Assembly (NCBI RefSeq): GCF_030684315.1
Contig: NC_081360.1
Coordinates: 26,395,818 to 26,459,817, forward strand
Reading direction: 5' to 3'
Length of the DNA: 64,000 nucleotides
Source: Stegostoma tigrinum
Taxonomy: Eukaryota
Every line of letters starts with the position of its first letter. Position 1 is the first letter of the stretch. Below are positions 13,823 through 27,400 of this stretch, in pieces. The notes under the pieces were generated by a model. The model had not been told where the DNA came from. It did not search any database and saw only the letters and a program-made list of their open reading frames with translations. Position numbers and translations under genes: made by a program.

Positions 13823-14509
13823 TAGTCAATATTGAGCATGATGGGAACAGCTGACCAACTGAAGCTACCCATTTTACATGTCTACTCAAAAAGAATTTCA
13901 ATGTCATATATACTAAGGACCGTATGCATTAAAGACAAACATGTCAGGGTGATTTTCTGATTTGGCAGCTCCCCCCCCATCTCAGTTTAAAGCCCTTGGT
14001 GACACTCTGCAAAGGGAGGGACGCTAAGGGAAATGGCGTGCAGCTGTGGGATAGAGTCAGGCCAGCTGACCCTGAGAGAAGGTCAGAACTAAAGAAAAGC
14101 TGTTTGTTTCACTGGGACTTTTTCGCCAATTGCAATAATATCAAATATTCTTCCTCACCCCTCACGCCCTTATCCATTCTTCATGTCTTTGCCTTGCCAA
14201 CTGATTTCCCCACGTGGTTCCTCATACCCTCCAGTAGCACAGAATGCTATCTTGTCCAGTGACTACCGTGGACCGATCTCAAAGAGCCATGGGGAGATGA
14301 AAAAAAACAAACTAATAATTAAAGAAAATGTTCACACTGTAACTTGATGGTGACAAAGCTCCCATTCAAACTTTTTAAATCTCAGGTGATTAATTTCTCA
14401 CCATATAAAATTCTGTTTATTTTCACAATTAAAATTGTGAACGCAACCTCCCGCTGAGATAATTATAGTTTTTGAAACTTAGACAAGCTGTGTAATGGCA
14501 TAATGATAC

Positions 14510-15390
14510 AAGAATTTGTGGGAATGGTAAACAGTGAGTAGGACAGCCTTAGGTTACAGGAAGATACAGATGGTCTGGTTAGATGGGCTGATCATTGGCA
14601 AATGGGATTCAGTTTGGATAAATGAGAAGAGATGCATCTGGGCAGGATAGACAAAGCAAGGGAGTACATGAAAATAATAAGATCATGGCAACCACTGAAG
14701 ATCAGAGGGACCTTGGTGTGCATGTACCAGACAGATAAATAAAATGGTTGAGATGGCATTAGGAAATCATACCTTTATTAGCTGGGGCTTAGAGTTTAAG
14801 AGCAGGAAGGCAATGCTGGAACTGTATAAAACTTTGGCTAGTTCACAGAGAGAGAGTGTGTGCAGTTCTGGAATCCATTTTATAGGAGGGATGTGGTAAC
14901 ACTGGAGAGGGTGCAGAGGAGATTTACCAGGGCATTGCCTGGGCTGGAGAGTTTTAGTTATGAAGAGAGATTTGACAGACTGGAGCTATTTTCTTTGGAG
15001 CAGAGGAGATTGAAAGGGGACATGATTTAGGTATATAAAATTGTAAGAGGGGTTGACTAGTAGGGACTTTTCTCCTTGATGAAAGGATCAATGATCGGGG
15101 GACAGATGTTTAAGTTAAAGGATGCGGGATTTAGAGGGAATGTGAGGAAAAGCCCTTTCACCCAGAAGGTGGTGAGAATCTGGAACTCATTGGCTGTAAG
15201 GGTTGTAAATGCAGAAATTCTCGTAACAAAGAAGAAGTATTTCGATGTCCGCTTGCAATGCCAAGGCATACAAAGCTATGAGCCGAATGCTGGAAAATAG
15301 GATTAGAATAATTAGGGAGTTGGTTTTGCCTGGCACAAACTTGATTGCCCAAAGAACCGTTTTCTGTGTTGCAGACTTCTTGTGACTTTG
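14510..15390 (+). mobile_element. CR1 LINE 3' portion
   Basis: Decayed ORF2 C-terminus (...CVQFWNP...LERVQRRFT...FTQKVVRIWNSL) and 3' tail. Confidence 0.9.
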
Positions 15391-16432
15391 TTACACCATT
15401 CTAGCATTTCGGGAAATCAAACACTGCATCAACAGATGCTATAGCAGCTGACCCTCAATGTAAGCAATCCAGTAGAGGATTTTTTTTTAAGAAAACAACC
15501 ACGGACAATATCAGCCAGAGTCTTTCTACAATCTAGAAAAAGGACAAAAAGAACTTGGGGTCATGGCATTTATGCAGACTTTATCTCCCTTTCAAGAGCG
15601 TTTGAGTCTGCTCCACAAATCTGTGACTTCCACACTGCATCTTAGCACATACCACTGAGTTGAAATGATCAAATAGACTTGTCAAGATCGGGTTTCCCTT
15701 CTGTGTTATTCATGCACCATTCCATTTCATCGACTGGCAAAAATAGGGGCTGGGTTTCCACAACCTGAGACATCTGTCAATTTTGAAAACCTGCAGATTC
15801 TTCCCAACTCTCTGAAAATCCAGTCCTAATTCTTACACAATCAAACAGCAACATCTTAGATCAATTACCACAACATACCAGAAATCGCACCTCAGGCTAA
15901 CCTGCATTATGTCTCAGACTTTGTACACACACACTCTTTTATATTCCCACTGAGTTGGATTACTGATTTATATGCAAGCGGGTATTTCTTTTTGAGCAGC
16001 AGAAAATGCTGATTGAATTTTGTGTCAAGAATTTTTAAGTTAAGAAAAACTTGTTCCAAGTTAAAAATGCAGCTTTTAGTGTTCGTCATCATGCTTCTTA
16101 GGTGCAAGACTGGGCTGAAATTTGAATAATGTTTGGTTGAAAATTCTGTAGCTTGCTGAAGAATTGCACAAGCAAAGAATTTATTGATCGGAAATTTTGC
16201 AAATTACAGAGGTGCATTTAATGTTCTAACAGGCACCATTCGAAGACAATTCAACTTAGACCTCATGTTGCATTAAGTACAGAAACAGCAGCTCATGCTA
16301 TTTTTCATAGCCAGAATGAATCACGATTGTTGAAATGAAAGAAGTGCAAATGATGATCAGACTGTCATGTTCAATCTAATAAAAGAAAATATCATGCAAG
16401 TTGAATTGAAGCAGTTAATGACAAGTGCTCAC

Positions 16433-16612
16433 TTTCACCATCCTCCTCATCAGTCCTGCTTAGTGTGTCCTGAGAGGCCTGATGAGAAGGTTGGCTGTCC
16501 TGCTCCCACACAGTGCCTGTCCCCGTGTTTGAACGAGACATGGTGGCCAGACTCAAGCGGTAAGCTGATGTGGAGGTTCCCACAGTGCTGATGGAAGGTT
16601 TGCCTTGGTATG
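16433..16612 (-). CDS. UNC80: UNC80 coding exon 15/18 (180 nt)
   Basis: ttgcag|CA TAC CAA...GAA A|gtgagc; (A)YQGKPSISTVGTSTSAYRLSLATMSRSNTG...RTDEEDGE. Confidence 0.95.
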
Positions 16613-18894
16613 CTGCAAAGATATAATGAACAAGTTATGTGAGACAAATATGGCACGGCAAGATTCTGATTAGAGTCTTAGTATTTTCATCAACTGCAAG
16701 GCAGTAACAGGAGTCTTGTACAAAAAAAAATCAAAAAATATTAGTAAAATGCATGGGAGAACTGTCGGCTGCTTCTGTTCTCACTACATAGATGAGTGGG
16801 TTGGACAATGGGAAATGATGGCAGTTTGTATCTAGGGATGATGAGGGACTTCCACCTGGAAAGAAATTCTAGTAGCCCAAAGCTTCTGTCGATGCTTATT
16901 TCAGGTTTACTTGGTCCCGTGAAAAGCAATCGGATACAAGCTTCGGCAGGTCATCTAGCTCATTTCCGAATCAGAAAGCATTCTGATAGCAAAAGTGCAG
17001 AAATCAATGGCCTGAACTGTCCTACTCAATGGAGACAGGAGTCAGTTCATAAGGTGACAAAATTTAACGACATGTTGAGGGAAAGGGATGTGTACTCAAA
17101 AGTAAAACATTATATATTGGTGATGCTCTTGGGTGCCTTCACATTAACACTTGGAAGTTGTAAATATTCTTCTAGTCTAAGCATAAATGGATTCCCTGAA
17201 ATTATTTATCATTTAACAGTTTTGTCATTTAGATATTATATTATATCCTTGATATTTTCTATTTATGTACAGAATGTTAAACATTCATGAGTTGATATTC
17301 CTATTATTTGTGAACTTTTAAGTGTACTAATCTGGTTTTTAGACTTTCTTTGGAAAATTCATTTACAGTAACACAGATCAATGCGAACAAGACACATGGG
17401 GTCAATTCTGCAGTCTTGTCACAGTGCTGAGAACACTGCTCTTTTTCCATGATGTCTATTACATGTCCAAATTTGTAAATCAAGCTAAACAAATTACTGC
17501 GATACCCTGTGCACATTTCTATCCTATGACCAATGGTGGAAGTTGGATTTTTAAAATAATTGAAAGGTTGATGAGAAAAGTTAATGGGATGTAGCCACTT
17601 AAAGGCAAGTGATTGCGTGGGGCGGGGGAACAGAGCAAAAAGACATGCCAGCCAAGCTCAACGCTACACATGGTATCTGCAATGATCTAGAAACAGAAGT
17701 GAGAGACAATAGCTTATCTTATGGAATTAGCAAAGTATGATTCCCCAACTGAACCAGTATCATGTACATGCCCCATATTCCATGCCACAAATGTTACCCA
17801 CCAACTGGTTCCACATTTATTACCTATGTTAAGTCTTCACTCAATCTAGCAGGTCTTTCATTGCATTCAGACACACTCACACTTCAGCTCAGTCCATTCT
17901 CCCAAGTTGAAACTTACAATGGAAAGACTTTGCAACATAGCCATCTTCCAACTGATTCACACATTAAGCATTGTAACACAAACATGATAATTCAGGACAG
18001 GAATTTAGGTTGTTAATATTGAATTTAGTAGCGGTCTTTGGAACTTTGAGAAATATGGTAGTATTGTGATATTAGGTATAACTGACATAACTACCTTATG
18101 TTATTCATTGGGTAAGTAGATCAGAGTGCAGGCCATGGTGACAAGCTCTGGTGACTGATACATGAATCATTTGCTTGATTCAGACATTAGCAGCACATTC
18201 ATTAATACTATGACGATGGATGGACACAGACTTTACAATTGAGAACCAACCACTGATCTAGCTGACCCAGCGTTACAAGCTGGTTACAACGCCCTTAAGT
18301 GTAGATGGTGAAGCCCTGTAAATTGGCTTGTTGTTTGTTCTCTGCAAGCTGAGGCAATCATCAACCGTCACTGGCAGATATGTTTGCTAAGGTCCACAGA
18401 TACATTGGTGTTTGCTAACCTTCCTGCCATGCTTTCTATTTCTCAACCATGTCGGTGAAGCACTCTAAAATGAAGCTTTACCTTATGCAGCAAATAATAA
18501 TCATCAAATTGATGAGCCTTTGATGAAGCTAAGGCAAATGAAATTTCAAGACTCAAAGTTTAGCAGATTATTACAATATAGTAGAAAACAAATATTGGGC
18601 TAATTCTCCCAATTCCAAGACTGTCCCGTGCCCACGTTGCAACTGCTCTGTCAGTGCATTACCGCAGAATTGGCCCCAGTGAACATACATGGAAAAATAT
18701 CCTTCAAAAAGGCATTCTTTGATTAGTTCAACCTAGGGAGATCAACATGGTTACATGACCACACTGCTGCTAGGTGCCCTCAGTTTTAGGCTCTCCAACC
18801 AGCAACTGATTTAAGTGACAAATTAAGGATGCTTGTGCGCTGTGGTTGCAGTAATCTACAGTAAAAGAAGCTTACTTGCTTAGACTACCATTAC

Positions 18895-19060
18895 CTGATC
18901 CACTGTGCACTGCTTCCTTCAGGATTTTTAATTCACTGTGAAACTCAGCAACTAGAGAACTCTTGCAGAGTGGCCTTGGAATGAACCGACGCTCGAGCTG
19001 GTCCACAATGTGATGCCTTGCAGTCATTTCTTCATGATTTTCTGCTGGTTGACTTAACAG
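18895..19060 (-). CDS. UNC80: UNC80 coding exon 14/18 (166 nt), not in ORF track
   Basis: ttccag|CTG TTA...TCA G|gtaatg; LLSQPAENHEEMTARHHIVDQLERRFIPRPLCKSSLVAEFHSELKILKEAVHSGS. Confidence 0.95.
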
Positions 19061-20586
19061 CTGGAACGATTCCAGAGAGGGGAAAAAAAAGTATAAATGT
19101 CTTTGGTGAAATACTTGTTGGTATCTTTTCTAGTTAAGTGTTATATCTCTAACCCTTTTTCAGGTTCTTGTTGAAGAATAATTATTTTCAATTCAGGTGC
19201 TAGCAGATGATATTGAACTCTGACAAAGTTCTTGCAAAAGGCTACAGGGTTGTGCAAGCTCATTAAGCTTTTACTTATTTCTTCCTACTTTCAAAGAATG
19301 CTAGAGTTTGAATTTAAAAAAGCCGGGATGTAAAACCCTAGAAGGAACAGTGCACTGCATTTTCCTCAGCTGCTGGTTTCATAAGAAGGTCCACAAACAA
19401 ACTTTTTTGACTCACCAAATGAAGAAATTTAGCTCTTGGCAAAGGCAACATTTGCACTAGGAGTTTACGAATTTGTGGGTAAAAGGTACTAACAGATATA
19501 AATTTCGGAACCAGTGTTTAACAGAACACATATGTTCAATCATATGTAAAGATGTGATAACGGAAGCAGTGACAAACGATTTCAGATGCCAGTTAATAGA
19601 TGCTTTTTGAGCAGATTCAGTTTTGAATGGCTGCAATATTGGGAAACGTAGGCATCACAGACCTTCAGGACAAAATGCCAGTCAACAGGTAGCAAGAGAA
19701 ACAATCACCATATTGTAATCTGGTTAATAGTCACCTTGGTTTGACCAGAGTTTCCATTTGGTTTAGTTTTCTTAGCACATTTTGGTTGAAATCAATGCAA
19801 CTGCTGCTAAGGTCATAACATTTTAAATATATTTCACATTCAGCAAAACTGAAGCTTCTGGAACTACTGCAGCATTTTGAGAATATTGGGTTGGAAGATA
19901 GGTCCATGCACAAAATCAAATCACGTTTACCGCCATGGTTACCAGTGTTGTTAACTGTACTTATTTGCAGACCGACAGGCTATAAAAATTATACTGGTCT
20001 CTAGAGGTCAATTAACTAAGAAATTTAAACTGTGATTTTTGCTTGTATTTATCAAAAAACAGACTAATGTATCTGAATGCAATTGATTCATTTTACACAT
20101 TTTCACTTTTCATGCAAATTTCAGTGATTTAAAATCAGATTATTCAGAGGTGGAGAATCTACACATTTAAAAAATGCATTTTTGTGATAAACTTATTTTC
20201 AACAGTTTTCAACAAATTCTAGCAACTTTTGAAGAGAGATGGAAACATTTTAAAGTAAATCTTCTAAATAAAGGATTATGATTTTAAATACTGCTCAATT
20301 GCACTGGATTGTGGCAATGTTTGTGTTCATCAAATAAGTTTTTGATACTCAGAGGGAAAAAGGACATTTCAAAATGAATACAAATTTTGCCGCATTGTCC
20401 AGCAGAACCAAATCTAAATTTGAAATTCATTTACCCTATGTATGCATATAATAAATAATAACTGAAAACTTTGCAGAACATCCACAAAATACACGGATTA
20501 TTTCTGTAGTTGACAAGCTGAGGCAAATTTAAGACATTATTTTTGAAAAATCTGTTTTTAGAAAAATACTCCATAATTTTCTTTAC

Positions 20587-20771
20587 CTTACATTGGATGA
20601 AAGGTCGCAGAAGAATGAAGATAGGGATTCTGGTTCTCACTATAAAGTCGATGAAATCCCACATCGCTAGACCACCAACCTTCCGCAATGCCATTTCTTT
20701 AACTTGCAAACTAAGTTTGTACCATTGACTACCCAAATGACGCTCAAAGCAGACAAGGATCACCTTTAAAG
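20587..20771 (-). CDS. UNC80: UNC80 coding exon 13/18 (185 nt)
   Basis: ctttag|CT TTA AAG...TGT AAG|gtaaag; (A)LKVILVCFERHLGSQW...LLRPFIQCK. Confidence 0.96.
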
Positions 20772-21094
20772 CTAAAGGGCAAAGGAAAATTGCAAGTATA
20801 AAGAAAAATAGGAAGTAAATAATAAGGTTATTACTGATATTTTAATTTTGTATAACATGTTTAGATACTAGACTAAAATAAAGAAATAAACAGAAACAAC
20901 TATGTCACTTGTGAAAAGCGCACTGAAAATTGATAAAATTCAGATATATAGATTATTTTTCTGTCACCTCAGAACTACTGTGATCAGACATAGACTAATG
21001 TGGTTTTGCATCCAACAACATTCAAGTGAGTATTTTTATGCTGGCCTCTCTAAATTCTAACCAGATCAAATCTCTTGAATACGTAAAGAGCTAT

Positions 21095-21660
21095 ACAAAA
21101 GCCTGGTTTGGTCACATCTGAAGTATTGAGCCCAGTTTTGGTCACCTCATTACAGGAAAGATGTGGAAGCATTAGAAAAGGTGCAGAGGAGATTTACCTA
21201 AATGTCGCCTGGATGGAGGGAAGGTCTTATGAGGAAAGGATGAGAGAGCCAGGGCTTTTCTCTTCAGAACGACAAAGGATGAGAGGTGACTTGATAGAAG
21301 TGTACAAAATGATCAGAGGTACAGATAGAGTAGACAGCCAGAGACTTTTTCCTAGGGTAGAGGTAGCTTTTATGACAGGAGATAGTTTTAAAGCAAAAGG
21401 TGGTAGATATTGGGGAGACGTCAGAGGTAGGTTCTTTACTTAGAGAGTGGTAGGGGTGTGGAATGCACTGCCGAAGAGGGTAGTGGAGTCAGCCTCATTA
21501 GGGGCATTTAAGCGGCTATTAGATAGGCATATGGGTGATAGTATAAGCTAGGGATAGAGGTTAGTTAGCTCTGAGGATTAGGATAAAAATTCAGCACAAC
21601 ATCGTGGGCCGAAGGGCCTGTACTGTGCTGTGCTGTACTGTACTGTTCTATGTTCTATGT
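21095..21660 (+). mobile_element. CR1 LINE 3' end
   Basis: RQRMRGDLIEVYKMIRGTDRVD; tail gggccgaagggcctgtactgtgctg...ttctatgttctatg. Confidence 0.9.
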
Positions 21661-21739
21661 TCCACCACTCAGTATTATTTACACTGCAGAAATGGGGGAC
21701 TAAATTATATCACTCCAAAATCTGGAGTAATGAAAACTC

Positions 21740-22135
21740 AATGAATGGCAAGACACCTGGAAGATCAGAGGAACAGAGGGATCGTGGGTTTTTGTTCATA
21801 GATCCCAGAAAGTGGCAGGACAGGTTAACAGGGTGGTTAATAAGGTGAACAGAAAACTTGCCTTTATCAGTTGTGGCATGGATTATACAAGTTAGGGAGG
21901 TTAGGTTAGGCCACAGCTAGAGTAGCATACGCAGTTCTGGTCATCACATTATAGGAAGGAGGTGGTGCTGAGGAGATTCACCAAGATGTTGCCTGGTTTG
22001 GAAAATTTCAACTATGAAGAGATGTTGGATAAGTTTGGGTTGTTTGCTTTGGAGCAGAAAAGGTTGAAGGGGTTGAGGACAGGGGAATGGGGAGGAGGGG
22101 TGTGACCTGATAAATGTGTTTAAGATTATGAGGTG
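21740..22135 (+). mobile_element. CR1 ORF2 fragment
   Basis: ggttaggccacagctagagtagcatacgcagttctggtc...gagattcaccaagatgttgcctgg. Confidence 0.8.
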
Positions 22136-22137
22136 CG

Positions 22138-23880
22138 TAGAACAATGCAGCACAGGAACAGGCCCTTCAGCCCACTTTACCTGTGCCCAGCATGATGCCA
22201 TTCAAAACTAATCCCATCTGCTTGCACATGGTCTGTGTCCCTTTGTTCCCCACCTGTTCATAAGTCTTTCTAATTGCCTCTTAAACGTTGTTATTGTATC
22301 TGCTTCTGCCACCTTCCCTGCTAGTATGTTCTGGGCATCTACCACCCACTGTGTAAAAAGACTTGCCTTGCACATCTCTTTACACTTGCCCCTACTCTCT
22401 CAAACTTATTTCTTCAAGTATTTAACGTTTCCATCCTGGAAGAAAGACACTGACTATTTACCTTATCCATGCCTCTCAATTTTATATGCTTTGATCAGGT
22501 AACCCGTCAGCTTCTGACACTAACAAAAATAATCCAAGTTTGTGTGACCTCATAGCTTATACATTCTAAACCAGGCAAAATCCTAGGAAACTGAGATAAC
22601 AAGGTGCAGAGCTGGATGAATACAGCAGGCCAAGCAGCATTAGAGGAGCAGGAAGGCTGACATTTCTTCTCTCCGCGTTCTGGGCCGAGAATGGTCTTCA
22701 TTTTCAGGAAAAGGGTCTAGGCTCGAAACGTCAGCTTTCCTGTTCCTCTGATGCTGCTTGGCCTGCTGTGTTCATCCAGCTCTACACCTGGTTATCTCAG
22801 ACTGTCCAGCATCTGCAGTTCCTGCTATGCCTAAAATCCTTGGAAACTTCTTTTGCAGGCTCTCCAAAGCCTCTATATTCTTCCTATAGTATGGTGACCA
22901 GAACTGCACACAATATTCCAAATGTGGCCAAACTAAACTCTTGTACAGCTGCAATATGACTTGCTAACTTTTACACTCAATGCACTGTCCAATGAAGACA
23001 AGCTTGCCTGTACGCCTCCTTTAGCACTTTATTCACCTCTGTGACTACTTTCAGGGGGCTGTGGATTTCTCGAAATCAATGATCCTAAGGATCCTGTCAT
23101 CTACTGTGTATCTTCTTCCTTAATTTTACCTCCCAAAATGCATCTCCTTACTTGAAAAAACTCCATCTGCCATTATAGCGCCCAAATTTGACTGATCTGT
23201 ATCCTGTTGTGTGGCTTGACAACCTCCCTCATTATCCACAACTCCACCAATTTTTGTGTCATCCGCATACTCAATAATTAGATAACCTATATGTTCACCC
23301 AAATCATTTATATATATTAGAAATAACAGAGCTCCCAGTGCTGATTATTGCAGAACACCATTGGTCACAGGCCTCCAGTCCAAAAAGCACACCTTCACCA
23401 CAAATGTCCATCTTCCAAGACAAAGCCAATTTTGTATCAAACTTACCAACTCACCATGGATTGCATGCGGCTTCATCTCTTAGACCAGCCCATCATGAGG
23501 AACCTTGTCAAATGCTTTAGTAGAACACATATAGATAATATCCACTGCCCTACTCTTAGCCTTCATAAACAAAATAATAACATTGGCTATTCTCAAGTCT
23601 TCTGTGACATTGCCTAGGGTTAATGTGGTATAGAAAGGTCTTCGTCAAGACCCCAGCAATCTCTGTCCTTGTTCCCCTCAATAACACAGGGTGGATCCCA
23701 TCAGGCTCTCAAGACTTATCTTCATTAATGCTTTCCAAGACACCCAACAGCACCACCTTCTTAATATCAACATGCCCTAGAAAATGAGAATTCCCCTCCC
23801 TCTTCTTCACATCATCCACGTTCTTCCCTTTGGTGAATATCAATGCAAAGTATGCACTAATGACCTCACAACATTTATAA
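22138..23880 (-). mobile_element. CR1 LINE (minus strand), interrupted by a PLE fold-back insertion
   Basis: LYKSLVWPHLEYCVQFWSPYYRKNIEALESLQKKF. The tail lies at 22138-22200 and RT remnants extend to about 23880. Confidence 0.85.
22593..22832. mobile_element. PLE-derived fold-back element (family A) with 16-bp TSD
   Basis: Inverted arms 22591-22666 and 22725-22800, flanked by aaaatcct(a/t)ggaaact at 22577-22592 and 22833-22848. Confidence 0.88.
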
Positions 23881-24844
23881 AGTATTTGAATGAGCACCAG
23901 GAAGCTCAAAGGAACAGAGGGATCATGGGGTACTTGTCCACAGATCCCCGAATGTGGCAAGACAGGTTAACAGGGTAGTTATAAAGGCAACTTGAATGTG
24001 TCACAACATTCAAGGTTGTGAGTCTAATGTAAATGGTAGCATATTTTCTGGTGATACAGACCCAAGGGGCTAAAGGGCCTCTTCTGTACTATGATTCTGT
24101 GAATGTATAATTAATCCAAGTCCATTCAAAATAATGCAGGCATCAGGTAAACTTCTAATTATAATGATAATGATGTGCAGCATATTGCTGATTGTACTCC
24201 TGAATAGCTGCATGCTTCGTGCAAGGCTACCACCATTTAAAGATAACTTGCATTATTTAGCATTGTACTTCCTGCTGATACAGCATGCCTGAGATGTTAA
24301 TGTCACTGGTGTGTGCCTGGAACCTGAGCAGTCACAGTCTTGACTGAGGCCCCTCCAGGGGCAGTGGCAAGTGCAAGCATTACTGAAAGCCCAGTGTGCA
24401 CACTTCAAGGCATGGTGTGTTCTGGCTGTAGTAGAGCTGGGATCGATTACAGGAGAGTTGAAGGCCAGGACGAGTCCTCAGAATTAATGCAACAAGCATT
24501 CAGATACCATACTGGAGACCTCAGTACAAAGGATGCACAGAAGAGGAGATATGGTCTTTCTTTAGTGGGAGTGCCTACTCTGAATGGACTGTTATGGTAC
24601 AAGGAGGCACCTCACTAGCAATTTCAAGGGCACTTAGGGATGAATAATAAATGCTGGTCTTGCCAGTGAAGCCCACATACCACGAATGCTTAGAAACAAA
24701 ATATACTACACATCCTTCACTTACCGATCAACTTTTCATTAATCATGAATTATACCTCGTTCAGAGCCTCACCCGAACATACTTAGCACCACTGTAATCC
24801 TTACGATCACATCCACAATTTGCAAATCATGACCACACCTATTG

Positions 24845-27400
24845 GCACACAGAATTATGACGGAGCAGAAGGACAATATTCACCTGTCATACCTGCACTG
24901 ATTCTATTGCTTAGTGCCAATCTCCTGCCTTTTCCCCATATTCCTGCATACTACTTCTAACAAAATAACCACCCCAATGCCCCTCTTGAGTGCTTCAGTT
25001 GAACCAGGCTCCACCAAAGTTCCAGGCAGTGCACTCCAGGCCTAACTCATTCCCTGTGTAAAAAGAAATTTTGTTCACATGACATTTTGCTGCTTTTGCA
25101 ATTCACTTTCAATCTGTGCCTTTTCCTTTTCAAAGGATAGTTTCAATGCTTTCACTTGATACGAACTTTGGAAGCATTAAATTGTGAGAAGGGTAGTATT
25201 TAACACCAAAAGGATGTAGACAAATTGGTGGAGTGGGCAAATGAAATTCAATGCAGAGAAATGTGAGGTGATGCATTTTGGTAGGAAGAACATCAACTGA
25301 CAAAACGAAGTAGGGATACAATTAATAAGGAATGCATGAACAGATGGACCTAGGTGTACATGTGCAGAGATTATTGTCAGACAGGTGAAGAAAGCAATTA
25401 ATAAGGTTTACAGTATCTTTGGATTTATTATTAATAGCATTGAGAACAAGAGCAAGGAGGTTATGCTGAACTCGTACAAAGCACTTGTTAAAGTTGAGAC
25501 TATAGTTCTGGATGCCATGCTACAGAAGGGATAGGAATGGAGAATGTATAGAGTTGGTTTAGAAGAATGGATCTAGAGATGAGAAATTTCTGTTATGAGG
25601 AAAGACTGGAGAAGTTTAACAGTTCTTCTTCGAGAGACAGAGGATACTACGAGTTCTGACAGAAAATTTCAAAATCTGGATAAAGTAAATCAGGGGAAAC
25701 TGTGTTCCCACTCACAGAAGGATTGAGAAGGAGAAGCTGTTACATCAATTCTAATAAAATAATCTTCCTGAAAGATACCCTTTCACCATTACTCTGTTTC
25801 ATTTTACTGAATCAATTTATGGCCATGTTGCTACTGTCCCTTTCATTCTCTGAAGTTTAGCCTTTCTTACATGTCTATTGCGCGGCACGTTATCTAAACA
25901 TCTTCTGGAGGTTCATGTCCATTGTATCAAATACATTACCATCATTGACCCTTTCTATGGCCTCTTTAATAAAACTTAAGTAAGTTTGGTAAATATGATT
26001 TAATCTTTTGAAACCCATGCAAGCCATTTCTAATCAACCAGCCTTTTCCTGTACGATTCCTAATTTAATCCTTAAAAATGATTCCTAGAAGCTACCCCAC
26101 CACTGATTTTAAGTGAACTGGTAGTGCCAAGCTTATCCTTAGAACGTAGGGAATAGTGAAAGATTGTGGCTAGTGGCCCTGCAAATTTCATTCACTTTCT
26201 TCCATATCATTGGATGCATCCCATCTGGTTCTGGTGTCCTGTCAATTTTAAGTGTCAACAATCTACCAAACATTTGCTACATATCAATTTGAAACCCTTC
26301 CAGTAACAGAGTTACTCGCTCTGTCAGCATATCATCCATCTTATCGGTCAAGACAAATACAAAATATTAATTTGATTCCTCAGCCATTCCCTCTGCCTCT
26401 ATGTCTAATTTTATTTTGGTTCTTAATCAGCTCTACATCTCCTTTTAGCAGCTTTTTGCTACTAATATGACAATGACTTTGAGATTCCCCATTATGTTAG
26501 CCATCAGCCTTTTCTCACAATCTTTCTTTATTCTCTAATGTGCTTTCTCTTCTACCTGCTGAACCTTCAAAAGTCATCTTGCTTCTTATTTATACTTGTG
26601 ACCTGGCATGTGTTAAAACATACATTTTCTTCTTTAATTCTTACCTTCTTGTTCAGCCAGGGAGTTCTATATTTGTTGTCCTTGCTTTCCCCTTTGAAGC
26701 AATACAGTTTGATGGGCCTGAACTATTAAAATTCTAAAGGTTACCCATTGTTCAGCCACAGATTTTTCTGCCAAGCTTCGGTCCCAGCCTTTCCGCCCAG
26801 CTCTATCTTGTCCCACTAAAGACGTCTCTTCCCCAGTTAATCATTCTTATTGTGGATTGTCTATTGTTCTTTTCCATCAGCATCCTAAATCTCATGATAC
26901 AATAATCACTGTCTCCTAAATGTTCCCCTATTGATAGTTGATCAATTCGGTTCATTCAATTTTCCAAACCAGATCCAATAATGCATTGTTTTCTGTGAGA
27001 TTGGACACATCTTGCTGCTAGAAATTTTCCTGAACATTGTCTAGGAACACTTGCATTCTTTCTGCCACTATTGCAATCCACATTCAAATAAAGTCCCCAT
27101 TCTATAATGTTTGCATTTTTTTGCAATTTCCCTGCAGATTTCTTCTTCTACATCCTTCCCACTAATGGGCCATCTATAGACTAGACCAAGCGTTTTTGTC
27201 CTTAGCTCGAGCCAAATTCATTCTGTCCTTGCACTATGATGTCTTCTTTCTCCAGCACTCCAACAGTTTCATCAATACTGCTACCCACTCCTCCTTTTCT
27301 ATTTTTATGAAATCTTGGACTCAGAAATATTTAACACCAGTGTGTCCTTTCTTAAATTATGTCTCATCATTGTAACAAACTTCCACAAGGCAATTTGGGC
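24845..27400. mobile_element. Cluster of old CR1 fragments: minus about 24845-25130, plus about 25140-25730, minus about 25760-27400
   Basis: Includes caaatgaaattcaatgcagagaaatgtgaggtgatgcattttgg (QMKFNAEKCEVMHFG). Heavily decayed. Confidence 0.7.

Noticed and set aside
14225-14315. Minus-strand pyrimidine tract with GAG acceptor and gtatga donor
   Set aside because: GAG acceptor is poor, the phase is incompatible, and there is no UNC80 homology.
16796-17290. 164-aa plus-strand ORF
   Set aside because: No recognisable domain, antisense in an intron, AT-rich 3' half; likely chance.
18874-18894. Second donor-like CAA|GTAAGC 19 nt downstream of the exon 14 donor
   Set aside because: Its use would frameshift; the proximal donor gives the homologous protein.
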